DNA of 63,770 nt, filler included, from Neophaeotheca triangularis (taxonomy: Eukaryota): assembly GCA_054600435.1 (NCBI GenBank). It is 4 parts of 4 records of this genome, joined end to end, with 100 filler letters (N's around TTAATTAATTAA, not from the genome) between each part and the next. Parts side by side here need not be neighbours in the genome. Positions count along the whole stretch, not along the records: positions 55,898 to 62,493 come from BAAIJX010000128.1; positions 62,594 to 63,770 come from BAAIJX010000135.1; 2 more parts are not named here. The stretch is one strand, 5' to 3'. Shown here one piece after another: positions 61,750-63,770 of the stretch. A model generated the notes under the pieces. The model saw only the letters and a program-made list of their open reading frames with translations. It did not search any database and was not told where the DNA came from. Positions within the stretch are counted from its first letter, which is position 1. Every line of letters begins with the position of its first letter. Made by a program: the position numbers and the translations under genes.

Positions 61750-62493
61750 TAGGAAAAAAGAAGAAAACTATAGGAAAAGGACGTAGTACACAAGCTTCTT
61801 AATTAATAGCTACTATAGACGGGCTAGCGACGGGATAACGGCGCTTATAGAGAGTACGTAAATGATTAGACAAATGCTTAAGCCCTAGTGTCTAACTCCT
61901 TTACAACATTAGTAATATTAGCCTACAGCTAATCCTCGGCACTAATAGACTTCTCCGCATTCTCTCCTACTAACGGAGCGGCGTCGTCCCTACAGCGTAT
62001 CTTAAGGAAGCCCAAGATACTAGAAGGCTTCTTCGGAGCCTTATCCTCCTTATCCGACTCCGATAACGAAGAAGAGCTTTCCCTAGAAGACACCTCTAGT
62101 AGCGTACCGGCGTCGCCCCTACTACTCTTCTAAACTAGACCCTTAGTCTCTACCGCTAGCACCTTAGGAGCTACTACCGGCGCCGGCGCACTAACGGTCT
62201 TATCGTAAGGCGGCGACTTACTAAGACTAGGAGTCTAGCATAGCGGCAAAGAAGAAGACGCGGCGCAATAGCGGCTAGACATCTCGCCGATGAGCACGGA
62301 CATTTCCGTGTAGTAGACGGCGACAAGTCTCTCGACAGTATTAGTGACGATTGTAGCGAAGTCGCGAGTTTGATCCGTGATTAGGCGTGCTATGTCATGC
62401 GGAGTTAAGATCTTATTGTTGTTAGGACCGGAACGACGAAGGCCCCCTATTAGGATAACGGCGTAGTTGTTCTTATAGAAGTACTAGGAGACC
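61750..62493 (-). pseudogene. Antisense accessory ORF relic in the retrotransposon 3' region
   Basis: One frame reads protein-like with only TAA/TAG stops; a TAA in the other copy (56019) is CAA here. Confidence 0.6.
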
Positions 62494-62593
62494 NNNNNNN
62501 NNNNNNNNNNNNNNNNNNNNNNNNNNNNNNNNNNNNNTTAATTAATTAANNNNNNNNNNNNNNNNNNNNNNNNNNNNNNNNNNNNNNNNNNNN
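62494..62593. other. Artificial contig linker
   Basis: N44-TTAATTAATTAA-N44. Confidence 0.97.
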
Positions 62594-63005
62594 TAAAACC
62601 CTTATATTAGTACTATTAAGGATTTTTAGACTAATCTAAATAGAACAATTTACTTAATACTACTAATACTAGCTATATATAAACTTTTATTACTATCGAG
62701 TAAGTACTTCCTTAGATATAGCCTTAAAGTATAGTAAAATCCTAGAAGTTTCTTAATTTTAAGTACTAAGTACTTTAAGTTACCCTAGATTTTCTTAGGA
62801 TAGGGCCTTCCCTTTCTAGACTACTCCGCATTTTTAGAGATAAGATAGAGATAAATAAAGGGAGATATAAGGGCATTCCTTTCCCCCTTAAATTTTAAGG
62901 AAAGTAAGATACTTCTTTCTATAATTAAAATTCCTTATTATTATATCTATCTATACTTTTACTTTTTAAGTCTTCCTAGGCCTTTACCCTAACCCTACTT
63001 CTATA

Positions 63006-63635
63006 ATGTTATTACCCTTTATCTCTATTCCTATCTCTAAGCCTAGAGGTATTAGGAAAGGAGGGAAGAAAGGTACTAATAAGGGGATTTACATTAAGTA
63101 AGTTTTTTATCTTTTTTTTTTTTTAGCTAATACCTAATACTTATTAGGAACCCTACCTATCGTGCCGAATAGATCGTAAATGCCGAGCTCCTTAAGACTT
63201 TAGAGAAGGTTAAAGAGGAGAAGAGAGCAATTTCCTTAGCTCTAGAAGAAGAGAAAGAAAAGAATAGAAAAAAGGATGAAATTATAAAAGGTATATTTCT
63301 TTCCCTTTTTTTATATCTTCTTTAACTAACTATTAATCTAGAGAAAGAAGAGGGTCTAGTCTTCTTAAAAGGAAGAGTAAAGACCCTAGAGCTAGAGGCT
63401 CTTACTAAGGAGATTAATAGGAATAATTTAGAGAGTGAATCTCTAAATCCTATAAATCCCTTAGAGTCTCTAGAGGAATACCCTTTAGATTTTGATAATT
63501 TTGATTTAAGTAGTAAGTAACTCCCTTTATCTTTAATAGAAACTTATCTAACTTAAGATTATAGATTTTCCTTATAATAATTTTATATTAGATAACTAGG
63601 GAAGGGATAGGAGTTAGGAGTTAGGAGTTATATAA
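63006..63635 (+). pseudogene. RIP-mutated four-exon subtelomeric gene relic (basic stretch plus coiled coil); introns 63098-63147, 63291-63341, 63513-63564
   Basis: Three 50-52-nt GT..CTAAY..TAG introns splice to a continuous frame with one TAG in the first three exons; the last exon is less certain. Confidence 0.65.
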
Positions 63636-63652
63636 AGCTTTATTATTTTTTT

Positions 63653-63770
63653 GGGTTAGGGTTAGGGTTAGGGTTAGGGTTAGGGTTAGGGTTAGGGTTA
63701 GGGTTAGGGTTAGGGTTAGGGTTAGGGTTAGGGTTAGGGTTAGGGTTAGGGTTAGGGTTAGGGTTAGGGT
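63653..63770 (+). repeat. Telomeric repeat (TTAGGG)n, about 19-20 units, at the sequence end
   Basis: Perfect array in the correct orientation for a right chromosome end. Confidence 0.99.

Larger units (their letters stand above)
56393..62493 (+). mobile_element. RIP-inactivated Ty3/gypsy chromovirus LTR retrotransposon, 3' end beyond the contig
   Basis: Gag zinc knuckle relic 57763-57804 (CFKCGGKGHWQENC after de-RIP); protease LID(T)GA 57954; RT VDYRGLNEITIKNKYPL and Y(M)D(D) 58950; RNase H TDA, DHNNLKYF, ADGLSR; integrase GHLG, SDGQ(T)ER, YIGPFRV; chromodomain ~61509-61661; stops at TAA/TAG. Confidence 0.95.

Noticed and set aside
55898..62493. DIRS-type or DNA transposon with terminal inverted repeats
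   Set aside because: Encodes a DDE integrase with chromodomain, no tyrosine recombinase or transposase, and has an LTR-like segment inside the left arm
1..63770. CRISPR arrays, rRNA and tRNA genes
   Set aside because: None recognised; the repeats are simple tandem arrays without spacers

Overview
Eukaryotic (filamentous ascomycete, Dothideomycete-like) scaffold end built from four contigs joined by artificial 100-nt linkers (N44-TTAATTAATTAA-N44), so adjacency across the linkers is unproven. Contig 1 (1-28470) starts with ~960 nt of bacterial-type D-aminoacylase sequence joined to the fungal INO80 subunit ies4, probably a chimera. It then carries a DUF1772-like gene, bli-3, a Pth11-like gene, TAF9, an SDR, an ABCB transporter, UTP11, a tandem pair of spliced divergent Ser/Thr kinases with long unknown N-termini, and a Rax1-like RGS gene. 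Contig 2 (28571-55797) carries a Pho80-type cyclin, RAD4/XPC, a BTB protein, CDC73, cerato-platanin, two unknown proteins and PMA1. Contig 3 (55898-62493) is a RIP-mutated Ty3/gypsy chromovirus with a 5' LTR, a self-priming-type PBS, gag, a -1 frameshift, pol with chromodomain, and an extra antisense ORF. It appears inserted in opposite orientation into another copy of its own family, creating a 495-bp inverted repeat. Contig 4 is an AT-rich subtelomere holding a RIP-mutated four-exon coiled-coil gene relic directly next to (TTAGGG)n. All calls come from motif recognition and manual translation only; no database searches were run.
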